Origin: an uncultured Chloroflexia bacterium
Lineage (GTDB): Bacteria > Chloroflexota > Limnocylindria > Limnocylindrales > CSP1-4
DNA length: 64,000 nt
Direction: 5' to 3'
Assembly: GCA_963749705.1 (NCBI GenBank)
Contig: CAVVNQ010000015.1
Location: 224,001 to 288,000 of the forward strand
The first letter of the stretch is position 1, and every line of letters begins with the position of its first letter. Below are positions 41,128-51,572 of this stretch, one piece after another. A model generated the notes under the pieces. The model had not been told where the DNA came from. It searched no databases and was given only the letters and a program-made list of their open reading frames with translations. Position numbers and translations under genes: made by a program.

Positions 41128-44100
41128 ATGACCATCGCTCCCAACGACTTCGTCCACCTCCACACCCACTCCGAGTTCAGCCTGCTCGACGGGCTGGGGC
41201 GGATCACCGAGCTCGTCGACACGTCGGTCAAGCACGGCTTCGACAGCCTCGCGGTCACCGACCACGGCGCGCTCTACGGGGCGGTCGCGTTCTACCAGGC
41301 GGCCACCAGGAAGGGCATCAAGCCGATCATCGGCGTCGAGACGTACGTCGCCCGGCGGTCGATGCGGGACAAGGAGGGCAAGGCGGACAGCCAGCCGTTC
41401 CACCTGGTCCTGCTAGCGACCGACATGACCGGCTACCGGAACCTCAACCGGCTGCTCACCGACGCCCACGTCGACGGCTATTACTACAAGCCGCGGATCG
41501 ATCGTGAGCACCTCGCGAAGTACAGCAAGGGCCTGGTGGGGCTGTCGGCGTGCCTCAGCGGCGAGATCCCCAAGGCGCTCGAGGTCGAGGACTGGGAGCT
41601 CGCGCGCAAGCTTGCCGGCGAGTACGGCGACATCTTCGGCAAGGACCGGTTCTACCTCGAGCTCCAGGACCACGGCATCCCGGATCAGCGGAAGCTCAAC
41701 GAGCAGCTGCTCCGCCTGGCGCCGGAGATGGACCTGCCGCTGGTGGTGACCAACGACCTCCACTACGTCCACAAGGCGCAGCACGAGGCCCACGACGTGC
41801 TGCTGTGCGTCGGGACGGGCAGCAACGTCGACACGCCCAACCGGATGCGCTTCGACACCCAGGAGTTCTATCTCAAGACCGCGGCCGAGATGTTCGCGCT
41901 GTTCCCGGACCAGCGGGAGGCGTACCTCAACACCCGCCGCGTCGCCGAGATGGTCGACCTCCAGCTGCCGCTGGGCGAGACGCGCATCCCGCACTTCCCG
42001 GTGCCCGACGGCGAGACGGTCGAGACGTGGCTGCGCAAGGAGTGCGAGGCGGGCCTTGTCCGGCGGTACGGCGCGATCACGCCGCCGCTCCAGGAGCGCC
42101 TGGACTACGAGCTGGGCGTGATCATCTCGATGGGCTACGCCGGCTACTTCCTGATCGTGGCGGACTTCGTCCGGTTCGCCCGGCAGCAGGGGATCGCGAC
42201 CACCTGCCGGGGATCGGCGCCGGGCTCCATCGTGACCTACACGCTGGGCATCACGCCCGTTGACCCGATCGACTACGGGCTCCCGTTCGAGCGGTTCCTC
42301 AACCCCGACCGGGTGACGATGCCCGACATCGACGTCGACTTCGAGGACGAGCGCCGGGACGAGGTCATCAACTACGTCAGCCACAAGTACGGCCAGGACC
42401 ACGTCGCCCAGATCATCACGTTCGGCACGATGCTCGCGCGGGCCGCGATCCGCGATGTCGGCCGGGTGCTGGGCATGTCCTACGGCGACGTGGACCGGAT
42501 CGCCAAGGCGGTCCCGAACCAGCTGGGGATCAAGCTCGAGGAGGCCGTCCAGCTGTCACCCCAGCTCAAGGAGATGCAGGACGGCGATCCCCAGATCGCG
42601 AAGCTGCTGGGCCTTGCCCGCCAGCTCGAGGGTGTGGCGCGCAACGCGTCGACGCACGCCGCGGGCGTGGTCATCAGCCGCGAGCCCCTGACGGAGCTGA
42701 TGCCGCTCCAGAAGGCGACCAACTCGGACGCGCTGATGACCCAGTACGAGATGCACGCCATCGAGGCGCTGGGCCTGCTCAAGTTCGACTTCCTGGGGCT
42801 GTCCAACCTCACCATCCTGCGCAAGGCCGTGGACCTCATCCGCGAGCATCGCGGCGTCACGGTCGACCTCGAGAGCATCCCGCTCGACGACGCGAAGACG
42901 TTCGAGCTGCTGGCGTCGGGCGAGACGACCGGCGTGTTCCAGCTCGAGTCCGCGGGCATGCGCCGCTACGTCCGCGATCTCCAGCCGACGTCGGTGTTCG
43001 ACCTCGCCGCGATGGTCGCGCTGTACCGGCCCGGCCCGATGGACAACATCCCGTCGTACATCCGGCGCAAGCACGGGCAGGAGCAGGTCGAGTACCTCCA
43101 CCCGCTGCTCGAGCCGTTCCTCAACCGGACCTACGGGATCTTCGTGTACCAGGAGGACATCATGGCCGCGGCCATGGCCCTGGGCGGGTTCACGGGTCCC
43201 GAGGCGGACACGCTGGGCTACGCGATCCGCAAGAAGAAGTCATCGGTCCTGCGCTCGATGAAGGACAAGTTCGTGACCCAGGCGGCCGAGCGCGGCGTGC
43301 CGCCCCAGACGATCGACGCCGTGTTCAAGGCGTTCGAGCCGTTCGAGCGGTACGGGTTCAACAAGGCGCACGCCACGTGCTACGGCCTGATCGCGTACCA
43401 GACGGCGTACCTCAAGGCGAACTACACGGTCGAGTACATGACCTCGGTGCTGACCGCGTTCCGCGACAACGCGGAGAAGGTCGCCGCGGCGATCGCGGAG
43501 TGCCGTCGCCTCGGGATCGAGGTGCGGACGCCCGACGTCCACCGGTCGGGCCTCGGGTTCACGGTCGAGGGCGAGGCGATCCGGTTCGGGCTGCTTGCGG
43601 TCAAGAACATCGGCGAGGGGGCGATCCAGTCGATCATCGACGCCCGCGAGGAGGGCGGCGAGTTCCGCTCGCTCACCGACTTCTGTACCCGGGTCGACCT
43701 TCGGCTGGCCAACCGCAAGGTGCTGGAGTCGCTGGCCAAGGTCGGCGCGCTCAACATGCTCGGCCACCCGGCCCAGATCCTGCTCGGGCTCGACGATGCG
43801 CTGGCGGCCGGCCAGGCGACCCAGCGTGACCGGGTGTCCGGCCAGACCTCGCTGTTCGACCTCGCGGGGGACGAGGCGACCACCCTCGAGCGCCCGCTGC
43901 CGGCCACGCCAGAGACGCCGGTCCGCGAGCGGCTGCGCTGGGAGAAGGAGCTGCTCGGCCTGTATCTCTCCGACCATCCGATGGGCGAGGTCGCGGAGCG
44001 CGTCGGGCAGTACGTGACCGCGTATTCCGGGGATCTCAAGGATGAGTCGCTCGACGGGCAGCGGGTGGTCCTGGGCGGGATCGTGACCGGGCAGCGGACG

Positions 44101-44979
44101 ATCATCACCAAGACCAAGTCGACGATGGCGGTGGTCACGCTCGAGGACCTCCAGGGGACGCTCGAGGTGGTGGTGTTCCCGCGGACCTACGAGCAGACGC
44201 TGGGCCAGTGGCGCGACGGCGCGATCCTGCTGGTCGCCGGCCGGGTCGACCACCGTGGCGACGAGGCGTCACTGCTCGCGGACGCGGTGTGGGACTGGGA
44301 CACGGTCGCGGAGCATGGCCCCGAGGCGTTCGCGCGCGAGGTGGGGACCCTGGACCGGCGGGGCGGCCGCCGGGGTGGGGGAGGACCGGGCGGGTCGAAC
44401 GGCCGCGGGTCGAACGGCAACGGGGGCTACGGACCCGCGGGTCGCGAGCCGGTCGCGGTCGGACCGGGATCCGTCGCGCAACCGGCGCCGGGGACCGCGT
44501 CCGCCGGAGCGCCACCGATCCGGATCTCCCCGGTCCGCGATGCCGAGCCCAGCGCGTCGCTGCCGCGGGTGGCCCCGGCCGAGCCGATCGCCGCCTACGC
44601 CGAGCCACCCGACCTTGCAGCTGCCTCCGCCAGCGACGCGGGAAGCGACGCCGAGGAGCCGGCGCTCCCCGACGAGCAGCGCGCGCAGGCTGCGGCGGCT
44701 GCCCAGGCGCCGAGCGCGCCGATCGAGGCTGCCCCCGACGCGGTGCTCAACGTCCGCTTCGCCCGTGACGCAGGAACCGAGCGGGTCGTGTCCGCGATGC
44801 AGGCCTTCAAGTCGCTGCTCCGCGAGCGACCCGGGCAGACGCGCGTCGTCGTCCATGTGCCGGCGCCCGGCGGCTCGGCGCTGCCGATGGAGCTGCGCGG
44901 CGTGGCCTACGACGCGGAGCTGCAGGCGGAGGTCCGGCGGCGGGTCGGCGACGGGGTGATCGAGCTCAGGCTCGGGTAG
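41128..44979 (+). CDS. dnaE: DNA polymerase III alpha subunit
   Basis: FVHLHTHSEFSLLDG, RGSAPGS, FERFLNPDR, PDIDVDF, HAAGVVI, KFDFLGL, YGFNKAH, QTSLF. Confidence 0.98.
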   Translation: MTIAPNDFVHLHTHSEFSLLDGLGRITELVDTSVKHGFDSLAVTDHGALYGAVAFYQAATRKGIKPIIGVETYVARRSMRDKEGKADSQPFHLVLLATDMTGYRNLNRLLTDAHVDGYYYKPRIDREHLAKYSKGLVGLSACLSGEIPKALEVEDWELARKLAGEYGDIFGKDRFYLELQDHGIPDQRKLNEQLLRLAPEMDLPLVVTNDLHYVHKAQHEAHDVLLCVGTGSNVDTPNRMRFDTQEFYLKTAAEMFALFPDQREAYLNTRRVAEMVDLQLPLGETRIPHFPVPDGETVETWLRKECEAGLVRRYGAITPPLQERLDYELGVIISMGYAGYFLIVADFVRFARQQGIATTCRGSAPGSIVTYTLGITPVDPIDYGLPFERFLNPDRVTMPDIDVDFEDERRDEVINYVSHKYGQDHVAQIITFGTMLARAAIRDVGRVLGMSYGDVDRIAKAVPNQLGIKLEEAVQLSPQLKEMQDGDPQIAKLLGLARQLEGVARNASTHAAGVVISREPLTELMPLQKATNSDALMTQYEMHAIEALGLLKFDFLGLSNLTILRKAVDLIREHRGVTVDLESIPLDDAKTFELLASGETTGVFQLESAGMRRYVRDLQPTSVFDLAAMVALYRPGPMDNIPSYIRRKHGQEQVEYLHPLLEPFLNRTYGIFVYQEDIMAAAMALGGFTGPEADTLGYAIRKKKSSVLRSMKDKFVTQAAERGVPPQTIDAVFKAFEPFERYGFNKAHATCYGLIAYQTAYLKANYTVEYMTSVLTAFRDNAEKVAAAIAECRRLGIEVRTPDVHRSGLGFTVEGEAIRFGLLAVKNIGEGAIQSIIDAREEGGEFRSLTDFCTRVDLRLANRKVLESLAKVGALNMLGHPAQILLGLDDALAAGQATQRDRVSGQTSLFDLAGDEATTLERPLPATPETPVRERLRWEKELLGLYLSDHPMGEVAERVGQYVTAYSGDLKDESLDGQRVVLGGIVTGQRTIITKTKSTMAVVTLEDLQGTLEVVVFPRTYEQTLGQWRDGAILLVAGRVDHRGDEASLLADAVWDWDTVAEHGPEAFAREVGTLDRRGGRRGGGGPGGSNGRGSNGNGGYGPAGREPVAVGPGSVAQPAPGTASAGAPPIRISPVRDAEPSASLPRVAPAEPIAAYAEPPDLAAASASDAGSDAEEPALPDEQRAQAAAAAQAPSAPIEAAPDAVLNVRFARDAGTERVVSAMQAFKSLLRERPGQTRVVVHVPAPGGSALPMELRGVAYDAELQAEVRRRVGDGVIELRLG

Positions 44980-45040
44980 CGCCGGCCGAGGCTGCAAGCG
45001 CCCGGGCGAGGCTGCTGTCGCCGGCCGAGGCTGCTGCGCC
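44980..45040. repeat. 18-20 bp degenerate tandem repeat x3 after dnaE
   Basis: CGCC(C)GG(C/G)CGAGGCTGC core repeated three times. Confidence 0.7.
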
Positions 45041-45093
45041 CGCGGCCCGCGCCGCGCTGCCGACCCGTGGGGCGCGTCAGGACCCGCGACGCG

Positions 45094-45672
45094 TCAGTTG
45101 CCGGCGACCCTGCGGACCTCGCGGACGCCCGAGAGCTTGTCGTGGAACTCGGAGCGGATCCGGTTGAGCGCGGGTCGCTCGATGTCCAGCTCCTCCGCCA
45201 TCCGGTTGACGAGCCATGCCTCGGTCGCATCCACCTCGTCGTCGACCGCCATCACCATCAGGCAGCACCGGAGCAGGCGCTCACGGTCCTCCATCGTGCT
45301 GATCGCCTTGAACTCGCGGGTGACGAGGTAGTCCTCCGTCGGCCCGAACCGCACCGCCTGCGACCGGGCGAGGTCGACGACCAGCGCCGTCGACGTCGCG
45401 TCGAGCCCGCCGACCTCCGCGACGATCCGGGTCATCTCGGCCGCCTCGGCGTCGGTCACCTGGAGGTCCGCATTGGCCGCCCGGCCGAGCAGGTACGCGA
45501 ACGCCGCCACGAACCGCGCGCGTGCCGGGGGCAACGACGTCAGCCGGGCCTCGATGCGGCGCACGCTCGCCGTCTCGCCGGCCGGCGTGGCGGGCAGCGG
45601 CGCGTGGGGGTCGAACGAGAGGCCGTCGGATGCGGGTGCATCGAGGCCGAGGACGCGACGGAACACGCTCAT
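45094..45672 (-). CDS. TerB-family protein
   Basis: RAANADLQVTDAE and VMAVDDEVDATE...MAEELDI duplicated TerB motifs. Confidence 0.8.
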   Translation of the reverse strand: MSVFRRVLGLDAPASDGLSFDPHAPLPATPAGETASVRRIEARLTSLPPARARFVAAFAYLLGRAANADLQVTDAEAAEMTRIVAEVGGLDATSTALVVDLARSQAVRFGPTEDYLVTREFKAISTMEDRERLLRCCLMVMAVDDEVDATEAWLVNRMAEELDIERPALNRIRSEFHDKLSGVREVRRVAGN

Positions 45673-45720
45673 GAGGACTCCGGGGCTTTGGTGGCCGAGC
45701 TCCGAGTCTACCGCTGGGGC

Positions 45721-46446
45721 TCAGTCGCCGCCTTTGACCTGGTATCGGGCCAGGCGCATGGCGCCCAGCACGGAGCCCGCCACGAGCACCACGACGATCA
45801 GCGTGAGCGAGCCCTGCAGGTCGAGCCCGTCGCGGACGAAGGTGGGCGGGGACACGGCATCGATCACGCCCAGCGTCGCCTCCCGCAGGCTGAGGCTCTT
45901 GGTCCCCGGCAGGATGCCCGCCAGCCAGCCCTCCCACAGCAGCGTATACACGAGGCCGACAACCAGCGCCCGGGTCGTGACCACGCTGATCGCGACGAAC
46001 GCGGTGGCGTAGGCGAGCGCGCCGACGATCACGCCGACGATGTAGCCGACGAGCGTCCCGCCCGCGGTGCCCAGCAGGAGGCCGGTGACGACGGCCGACA
46101 CGCCGGTGAACGCCGCCGTCACGATGCCCGCCACGACGATCTTGGCCAGCACGATGTGCCAGCGCGGGATCGGCTTGGTCAGGAGCGCGACGCCCGTCCC
46201 GTCGTCGAGCTCGCCGCCCAGCGCGGTCGTCCCGAACACGAGGGCGGTCAGCGGCAGCACGGTCCGGATGATCAGGAGGTCGAGGATCGCCCGGTCATCG
46301 GCCACGCCGTCGCCGGCGACGCGCGACAGCAGCGCGACCAGGATCGGGACGAGCGCGAGCAGCCCCATCAGGATCGTCCGCCGCCGCCCGAGCAGGGCAC
46401 GGAACGTCGCCTGCGCGATGGTCCAGATGACCGACACGGCGCTCAC
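45721..46446 (-). CDS. ABC transporter permease
   Basis: ELDDGT..LLTKPIPR, six TM segments. Confidence 0.88.
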   Translation of the reverse strand: MSAVSVIWTIAQATFRALLGRRRTILMGLLALVPILVALLSRVAGDGVADDRAILDLLIIRTVLPLTALVFGTTALGGELDDGTGVALLTKPIPRWHIVLAKIVVAGIVTAAFTGVSAVVTGLLLGTAGGTLVGYIVGVIVGALAYATAFVAISVVTTRALVVGLVYTLLWEGWLAGILPGTKSLSLREATLGVIDAVSPPTFVRDGLDLQGSLTLIVVVLVAGSVLGAMRLARYQVKGGD

Positions 46447-47468
46447 CTCGACACCAGGTAGGCGAACACGCGCTCGAGCGACTCGTCGGTCGGGAGCACC
46501 TCGTGGATCGTGACGCCGGCGGCGCGCGCCGCCCTGGGCAGCAATCGCGCGAACCGTTCGCCGTCGCCGGTGCGGACGATCAGGCCGGCCGGTCCGAGCT
46601 CGACGCCAGCCACCGACTCGTCGGGCAGCAGCACCGTGGCGAGCTTCCGGTCGTCGGCCGAGTGGATCGCGATGGTGCGCGGGCGATCGGTCATCAGGCG
46701 CCGGATCTGGCGGAAGTCGCCCCAGGCCGCGAGGCGGCCGGCGTAGATGACCAGGATCGAGTCCGCGAGGCGCTCGACCTCCTCCAGGATGTGCGACGAG
46801 AACAGGATCGTGCGCCCTTCCGCGGCCATCGACCGCAGCAGGTCGATCATGTGCAGGCGCTGGCGCGGGTCCATCCCGTTGAACGGCTCGTCGAGCAGCA
46901 GGATCGGCGGATCGTGGACCAGCCCGCCTGCGATCTTGGCGCGCTGCTGCATCCCCTTCGAGTAGGTGCCGATGGCGCGGTCCGCCGCTGCCTCCAAATC
47001 CACCGTCGCGAGCGCCCGGGCCGCCGCCGCGCGCGGATCCGGGAGCCGGTGGAGGCGGGCGTTGAACTCGGCGTACTGGCGGCCCGTCAGGTGTCCGGGC
47101 ACCGCCTCGCGCTCGGGCACCAGCCCCAGGCGACGGTAGATGGACGGGTTGCGCCAGGCGGTCTCACCGGCGATCGTGACGCGCCCGGTCGACGGCGCCA
47201 GCAGCCCCGCGGTCATGTGCAGGATCGTCGTCTTGCCTGCGCCGTTGGGTCCCAGCAGCCCGGTCACGCCGGGCCCGAGCGAGAACGAGATGTCGTTGAC
47301 GGCCACCACGTTGCCGTACCAGCGCGAGGCGTGGTCGAGCTGGATGCCGAACGCGCCGGGGGCCGCCGGTGGCGGGGGAGGTGCGGGCAGCCCCGGCGCC
47401 GTCGCGTCGGGCGGGGGAACCGGCGGTGCCGCCACGGCAGGCTGGCGGGTCTCGCGCACCTCGCTCAT
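46443..47468 (-). CDS. ABC transporter ATP-binding protein
   Basis: GPNGAGKTT, YSKGMQQR, DEPFNGMD. Confidence 0.93.
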   Translation of the reverse strand: MSEVRETRQPAVAAPPVPPPDATAPGLPAPPPPPAAPGAFGIQLDHASRWYGNVVAVNDISFSLGPGVTGLLGPNGAGKTTILHMTAGLLAPSTGRVTIAGETAWRNPSIYRRLGLVPEREAVPGHLTGRQYAEFNARLHRLPDPRAAAARALATVDLEAAADRAIGTYSKGMQQRAKIAGGLVHDPPILLLDEPFNGMDPRQRLHMIDLLRSMAAEGRTILFSSHILEEVERLADSILVIYAGRLAAWGDFRQIRRLMTDRPRTIAIHSADDRKLATVLLPDESVAGVELGPAGLIVRTGDGERFARLLPRAARAAGVTIHEVLPTDESLERVFAYLVSR

Positions 47469-48418
47469 GCGGAGATCCGCTGGTAGCGCCGGAGGAGGAT
47501 GGCGCCGAGCACGACCATCGCCCCGATCGCGGTCGCGAAGTAGATCTCAGGCCCGAGCGCCGCGGCGCGCACCGGGTCGCTGTCGGGACGGACGTCGAAC
47601 AGCCACGCGTTGGTCGCCGTCAGCACGTCCTGCGCGCTGGCCAGCACCGTCCAGCGGGCCAGGTCGTGGCGGGCGACCTGCTCCGCGATCTGGGCGATCA
47701 CGGGCGGGATCACGATCACGGCGATGATCGCCGCCGTGGCATACGCCCGGCGCGGCGTGAACGCGGACACGGTGACGGCGATCGCGCCCAGCAGGCCCGC
47801 CGTCAGCAGCCCCTGCCCGATGATCGCGGGCAGCACCGGCAGGTTGTCGCCCAGCTCCGCGATGATGTCGGGCGCCGACAGGATCCGGCCCAGGAACACG
47901 ATCGCCTGGGGGAGCAGGACGAGGATGAGGATCGCGATCGCGAAGCCACCCACCCGCGCGACGACGTAGTCGGTGCGGGCGAGCGCCCGCGAGAAGTACA
48001 GCGACAGGACGTGGTACCGCTGGTCCTTGCCCAGCAGCTCCGGGGCCTGCGCCGCGCAGAACAGGAACACGATCTGCGCGATCGCGCCGTACAGCGAGTC
48101 GTAGCGCAGCGGCGAGGCCTCGGCGAGCAGCTGGCCGGCCTCGCCCGCCTGGCGCGCGAGCGCGAGGATCGCGACGGCGACGATCGCGGGCACGATGCCC
48201 ATCGCCGCGAGGCCGAACGGGATGATCTTGGCCCGCCCGCCACGTCCGATCCCGTACGTCGTCCGGATCGTGTATGCCATCAACGCGACCAGCGCGTGGC
48301 GGCGTCCGAGCCGCGGGCCGTCGTAGTGGCGGTAGCCGAGGTCGTAGATGCTCCCGGTGGACGGCGCTCCGCTGCCATTGGCGGTGGGCGCGGTGCCCGC
48401 CGGGACCCCGCCGGTCAC
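47465..48418 (-). CDS. ABC transporter permease
   Basis: IYDLGYRHYDG, LYFSRAL, multiple TM segments. Confidence 0.88.
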   Translation of the reverse strand: MTGGVPAGTAPTANGSGAPSTGSIYDLGYRHYDGPRLGRRHALVALMAYTIRTTYGIGRGGRAKIIPFGLAAMGIVPAIVAVAILALARQAGEAGQLLAEASPLRYDSLYGAIAQIVFLFCAAQAPELLGKDQRYHVLSLYFSRALARTDYVVARVGGFAIAILILVLLPQAIVFLGRILSAPDIIAELGDNLPVLPAIIGQGLLTAGLLGAIAVTVSAFTPRRAYATAAIIAVIVIPPVIAQIAEQVARHDLARWTVLASAQDVLTATNAWLFDVRPDSDPVRAAALGPEIYFATAIGAMVVLGAILLRRYQRISA

Positions 48419-49420
48419 GATGTGGCTCCCGGCCCGGCGGTCGGCTCTCCCGGGGCTGCCGAGGCAACCGGCGCCACCGGGGTAGCTGCGGCGGCCACGG
48501 CCGCGCCCGGGGTCGACGGCGTCTCGTCGCGGAACAGGTCCTCGAGGCTCCGGCGCCGGGGCTCGAGACGCACCAGCGCGAGGCCGAGGTCGGCCACCGC
48601 GTCGCGCACGATGTCGTAGGCAGGTTCGGAGTCGATCGCCACCAGCAGGGCGCGTCCGTCCGGCGTGACCGGGAGCCCGTGGGTCACCAGCGCCGCCGCC
48701 AGTGCCTCCTCGCCGTCCTCCACTTCGACCGCGACCATCCCCGTTCGTCCGGTGAGCGAGCCCAGCGGCGCCGCCTGGAGCAGTCGGCCGCCCTCGATCG
48801 CGACCAGGAAGTCACACACGCGCTCGATCTCGCCCAGCAGGTGGCTGGCCACGATGATCGCGATGCCGAACTCGTGCCCGGTCCGTTCGACCAGGCGCAG
48901 CATCTCGTCCCGTCCGCCGGGGTCCAGGCCGTTGGTCGGCTCGTCGAGCAGCAGCAGCTTCGGATCGTGGACCAGCGCCTGGGCCAGCTTGACGCGCTGC
49001 TTCATCCCGGTCGAGTAGCCGCCGATCGCGCGGTACCGCTCCTCGTACAGCCCGACGTGGCGCAGGACCTCGGCCGTCCGCTCGCGCGCGGCGTCGGCCG
49101 GGAGCCCGCTCATCCGCGCGAGGTGGGTGACGAGGTCGGTGGCGGTCAGGTCGGGTGGCAGGGCGTCGTGCTCCGGCATGTAGCCGACGAACTGGCGGAT
49201 GCGGGGTCCCTCGCTCCGCACGTCGAGGTCGAGCACGGTCGCCGAGCCGCTGGTGACGTCGATCAGGCCCAGCAGGACCTTGATCAGCGTGCTCTTGCCG
49301 GCCCCGTTCGAGCCGACCAGGCCCACGATCCCGGGCTCGATGTCGACGCTGAGGTCGTCGAGCGCGGTCACGCCCGGATACCGCTTGGTCAGGTTCGACA
49401 GTGGAGACGAGCGGGCTCAC
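48415..49420 (-). CDS. ABC transporter ATP-binding protein, frameshift near 49395 at the N-terminus
   Basis: VSPLVST / LTKRYPGVTAL, GSNGAGKST, YSTGMKQR, DEPTNGLD. Confidence 0.92.
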
Positions 49421-49663
49421 CGGGGGAGAGTACCGGTCGCACGCAAGGGGGACGCCTGCCGTTCGGCCGTGCCAGGCGGTCTCGTGGAACCGCGCCATTG
49501 CCCCATCGGGCATCGCCGCGACCCGCGCGGGCGCACCCGCGGGACTGGTCGCCGTCCGTGGTGCGTGCGACCATGGCGCACGCCGCGCGTGCGTGCAGCG
49601 CGGCGGCGCCCGGGATCGAACGGCCGGGCACGACGGGTGCACGCCCTGAGCCCGAGGACCGCC

Positions 49664-50053
49664 ATGCCCCAGCTCGTCGTCAACGGCGCCATGCTCACCT
49701 GCGCGTTCGGGGTCGCGCCCGCGACGCTGACCGTGATCCGGCCCACCATCAACATCGCCGGCCAGCCGGCGGCCACGATCATGGACTTCGCGCCCAACAC
49801 CAACATCGCGCCGTTCGGCATGTGCACGACGTTGTCCAATCCGCAGGTCGCCAGCGCCACGTCGGCCGCCTCCGGCGTGCTGACCCCGCAGCCGTGCATG
49901 CCGGTGACGACCAGCCCGTGGACCCCCGGATCGTCGACGATGATGATCGAGAACAACCCGGCCCTGACCGACAGCTCGACGTGCATGTGTGCGTGGGGCG
50001 GCGCGATCACGATCACGCAGCCCGGCCAGATGACCGTCAGCGTCGGCAGCTAG
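49664..50053 (+). CDS. DUF4280 (PAAR-like spike tip) protein
   Basis: GAMLTCAFG, NIAPFGMC, NPQVA, PCMP, WTPG, CMCAWGGAITI. Confidence 0.9.
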   Translation: MPQLVVNGAMLTCAFGVAPATLTVIRPTINIAGQPAATIMDFAPNTNIAPFGMCTTLSNPQVASATSAASGVLTPQPCMPVTTSPWTPGSSTMMIENNPALTDSSTCMCAWGGAITITQPGQMTVSVGS

Positions 50054-50144
50054 TGGTGCCGGCGAGCCAGCCCCGACGCGCCGAGTCCCGTCCGTGGTCA
50101 GCCCCGACGATCGCCGTGGCGCGCGCCACGGCGGAGGTCGACTG

Positions 50145-50684
50145 ATGCGGATCGCGTTCCTGACGTTCGGCAACATGCTCGCTCCGTGGGGCGACCCGGT
50201 GGTGGCCGAGTTCGAGGCGAGAGAGGAGGCCGTGTTCGGGGCTGCCGAAGAGAGCCCGGGCTTTGTCGCCTACGCGCCCTCCGTCGATCGCGCTCCCGGC
50301 GCACCCGTCCGGCACTCGCCGTTCTACATGGGATCGCCCGGCGAAGCCCTCGACTCGGAAGCATCAACGCTCACGGTGTGGCGCGATCTCGAGTCAGTCT
50401 TCGCGTTCGCCTACGGTGGCCGGCATCTGGAGGCGTTCAAGCGGCGTCGGAGCTGGTTCCATCCCCCGGCCTGGCCGCGCTACCTGGCGTGGTGGATCGG
50501 GGACGACGAGCTCCCGACCTGGGAGGACGCGTACGCCCGTCAGGAACGGCTGCATGCGATGGGGCCGACGCCCGAGGCGTTCGACTTCCACCACCCCTTT
50601 GACGCTGACGGCCAGCCGACCACGGTGCGGCGACCGCCGGCCCGCCCGGGTGGCGCCGGCGGCGCAACAGGCAACGGCGCCTGA
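50145..50684 (+). CDS. DUF3291-family protein
   Basis: AEESPGFV, TLTVWRDLES..AFAY, H..A..RRRSWF, GPTPEAFDF. Confidence 0.85.
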   Translation: MRIAFLTFGNMLAPWGDPVVAEFEAREEAVFGAAEESPGFVAYAPSVDRAPGAPVRHSPFYMGSPGEALDSEASTLTVWRDLESVFAFAYGGRHLEAFKRRRSWFHPPAWPRYLAWWIGDDELPTWEDAYARQERLHAMGPTPEAFDFHHPFDADGQPTTVRRPPARPGGAGGATGNGA

Positions 50685-50687
50685 CGG

Positions 50688-51257
50688 TCAGCTTCGCGTT
50701 GCCGGGAGCGCCTGGGGTGCCCGTCTGATCTCGTCGAGAAAGGCGCGAACCTCCGCCGGCGTGCGGAGCCTGACCACCGATACGTGGTCCCAGGTGCCAT
50801 CACCCAGCAGCGCCTCGTACTTGCGACGGGTGTGCCGATGGCGGGTCCAAGCCCACAGGATGATGTTGTTCTCGGGCCTCGGATCGAACAGGTTCGACCA
50901 GGGTTCCCGGTTGCCGTTCCACAGCTCCTCGCGGGTGATCATCCGCCGCAGGGTGCGGGCCACAACGCGCCGAAGCACGGTCGTCCTGGGTGGGTCGAGC
51001 CAGACCACCGTGTCGGCCCGCGGCCACACGACCTGGGCGACCCCGTGGCTCGTGTAGTTGCCGTCGATCACCCACGCATCGCGCTCCGCGAACGCCGCGA
51101 CCTTCGCCTGGAACGCGTCATCGTCCAGCTGGCGCCAACCGTTGAGGTGGAACAGGGAGTCGAGCTCGAGATGAGGGAGCCCGAGCGCCTGCGACAACGC
51201 CCGCGCCATCGTCGTTTTGCCCGAGGCGCTCGACCCGATCACCGAGATCCGCTTCAT
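50688..51257 (-). CDS. P-loop nucleotide kinase-like protein (adenylate kinase / FlaR-related)
   Basis: GSSASGKTT, LELDSL, WVIDGNY, WPRADTVVWLD, ELWNGNRE. Confidence 0.85.
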   Translation of the reverse strand: MKRISVIGSSASGKTTMARALSQALGLPHLELDSLFHLNGWRQLDDDAFQAKVAAFAERDAWVIDGNYTSHGVAQVVWPRADTVVWLDPPRTTVLRRVVARTLRRMITREELWNGNREPWSNLFDPRPENNIILWAWTRHRHTRRKYEALLGDGTWDHVSVVRLRTPAEVRAFLDEIRRAPQALPATRS

Positions 51258-51301
51258 CGATCGCGTTCCTGGAGCCTCCGGCCGGTGCGCGACAGTGATG
51301 G

Positions 51302-51387
51302 TGGTACCGAAGGTGGGATTCGAACCCACACGAGGTTGCCCTCAACGGTGTTTGAGACCGTCGCGTCTGCCATTCCGCCACTTCGGC
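51302..51387 (-). tRNA. tRNA-Leu(CAA)
   Basis: GCCGAAG acceptor, anticodon arm ACGGT-CTCAAAC-ACCGT, long variable arm, GGTTCGAATCC, encoded CCA. Confidence 0.96.
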
Positions 51388-51572
51388 ACGTGCGGCAATC
51401 GTAGCGGAGCCGCCACACGGGTTGACGGCGCCGGGGGGAACCGATCCCGGGCGCGTGACGTCGATGCGGCAATGCCGATCCCGTCCGCGTTCCCGCGACC
51501 CCGCCGTGCGCCCGCGCCCCGATGCTAGACTCGCCGCGCCTCACCATCCCCGTCAGGAGGGCCGCGCCCGTC

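Noticed and set aside
41128-44979. Intein in the unusually long DnaE
   Set aside because: Conserved blocks are contiguous and no splice or LAGLIDADG motifs are visible; the extra length is a low-complexity linker.
49664-51387. Integrative island at tRNA-Leu
   Set aside because: No integrase and no convincing duplicate of the tRNA 3' end; TGGTGCCG near 50054 is too short to count.
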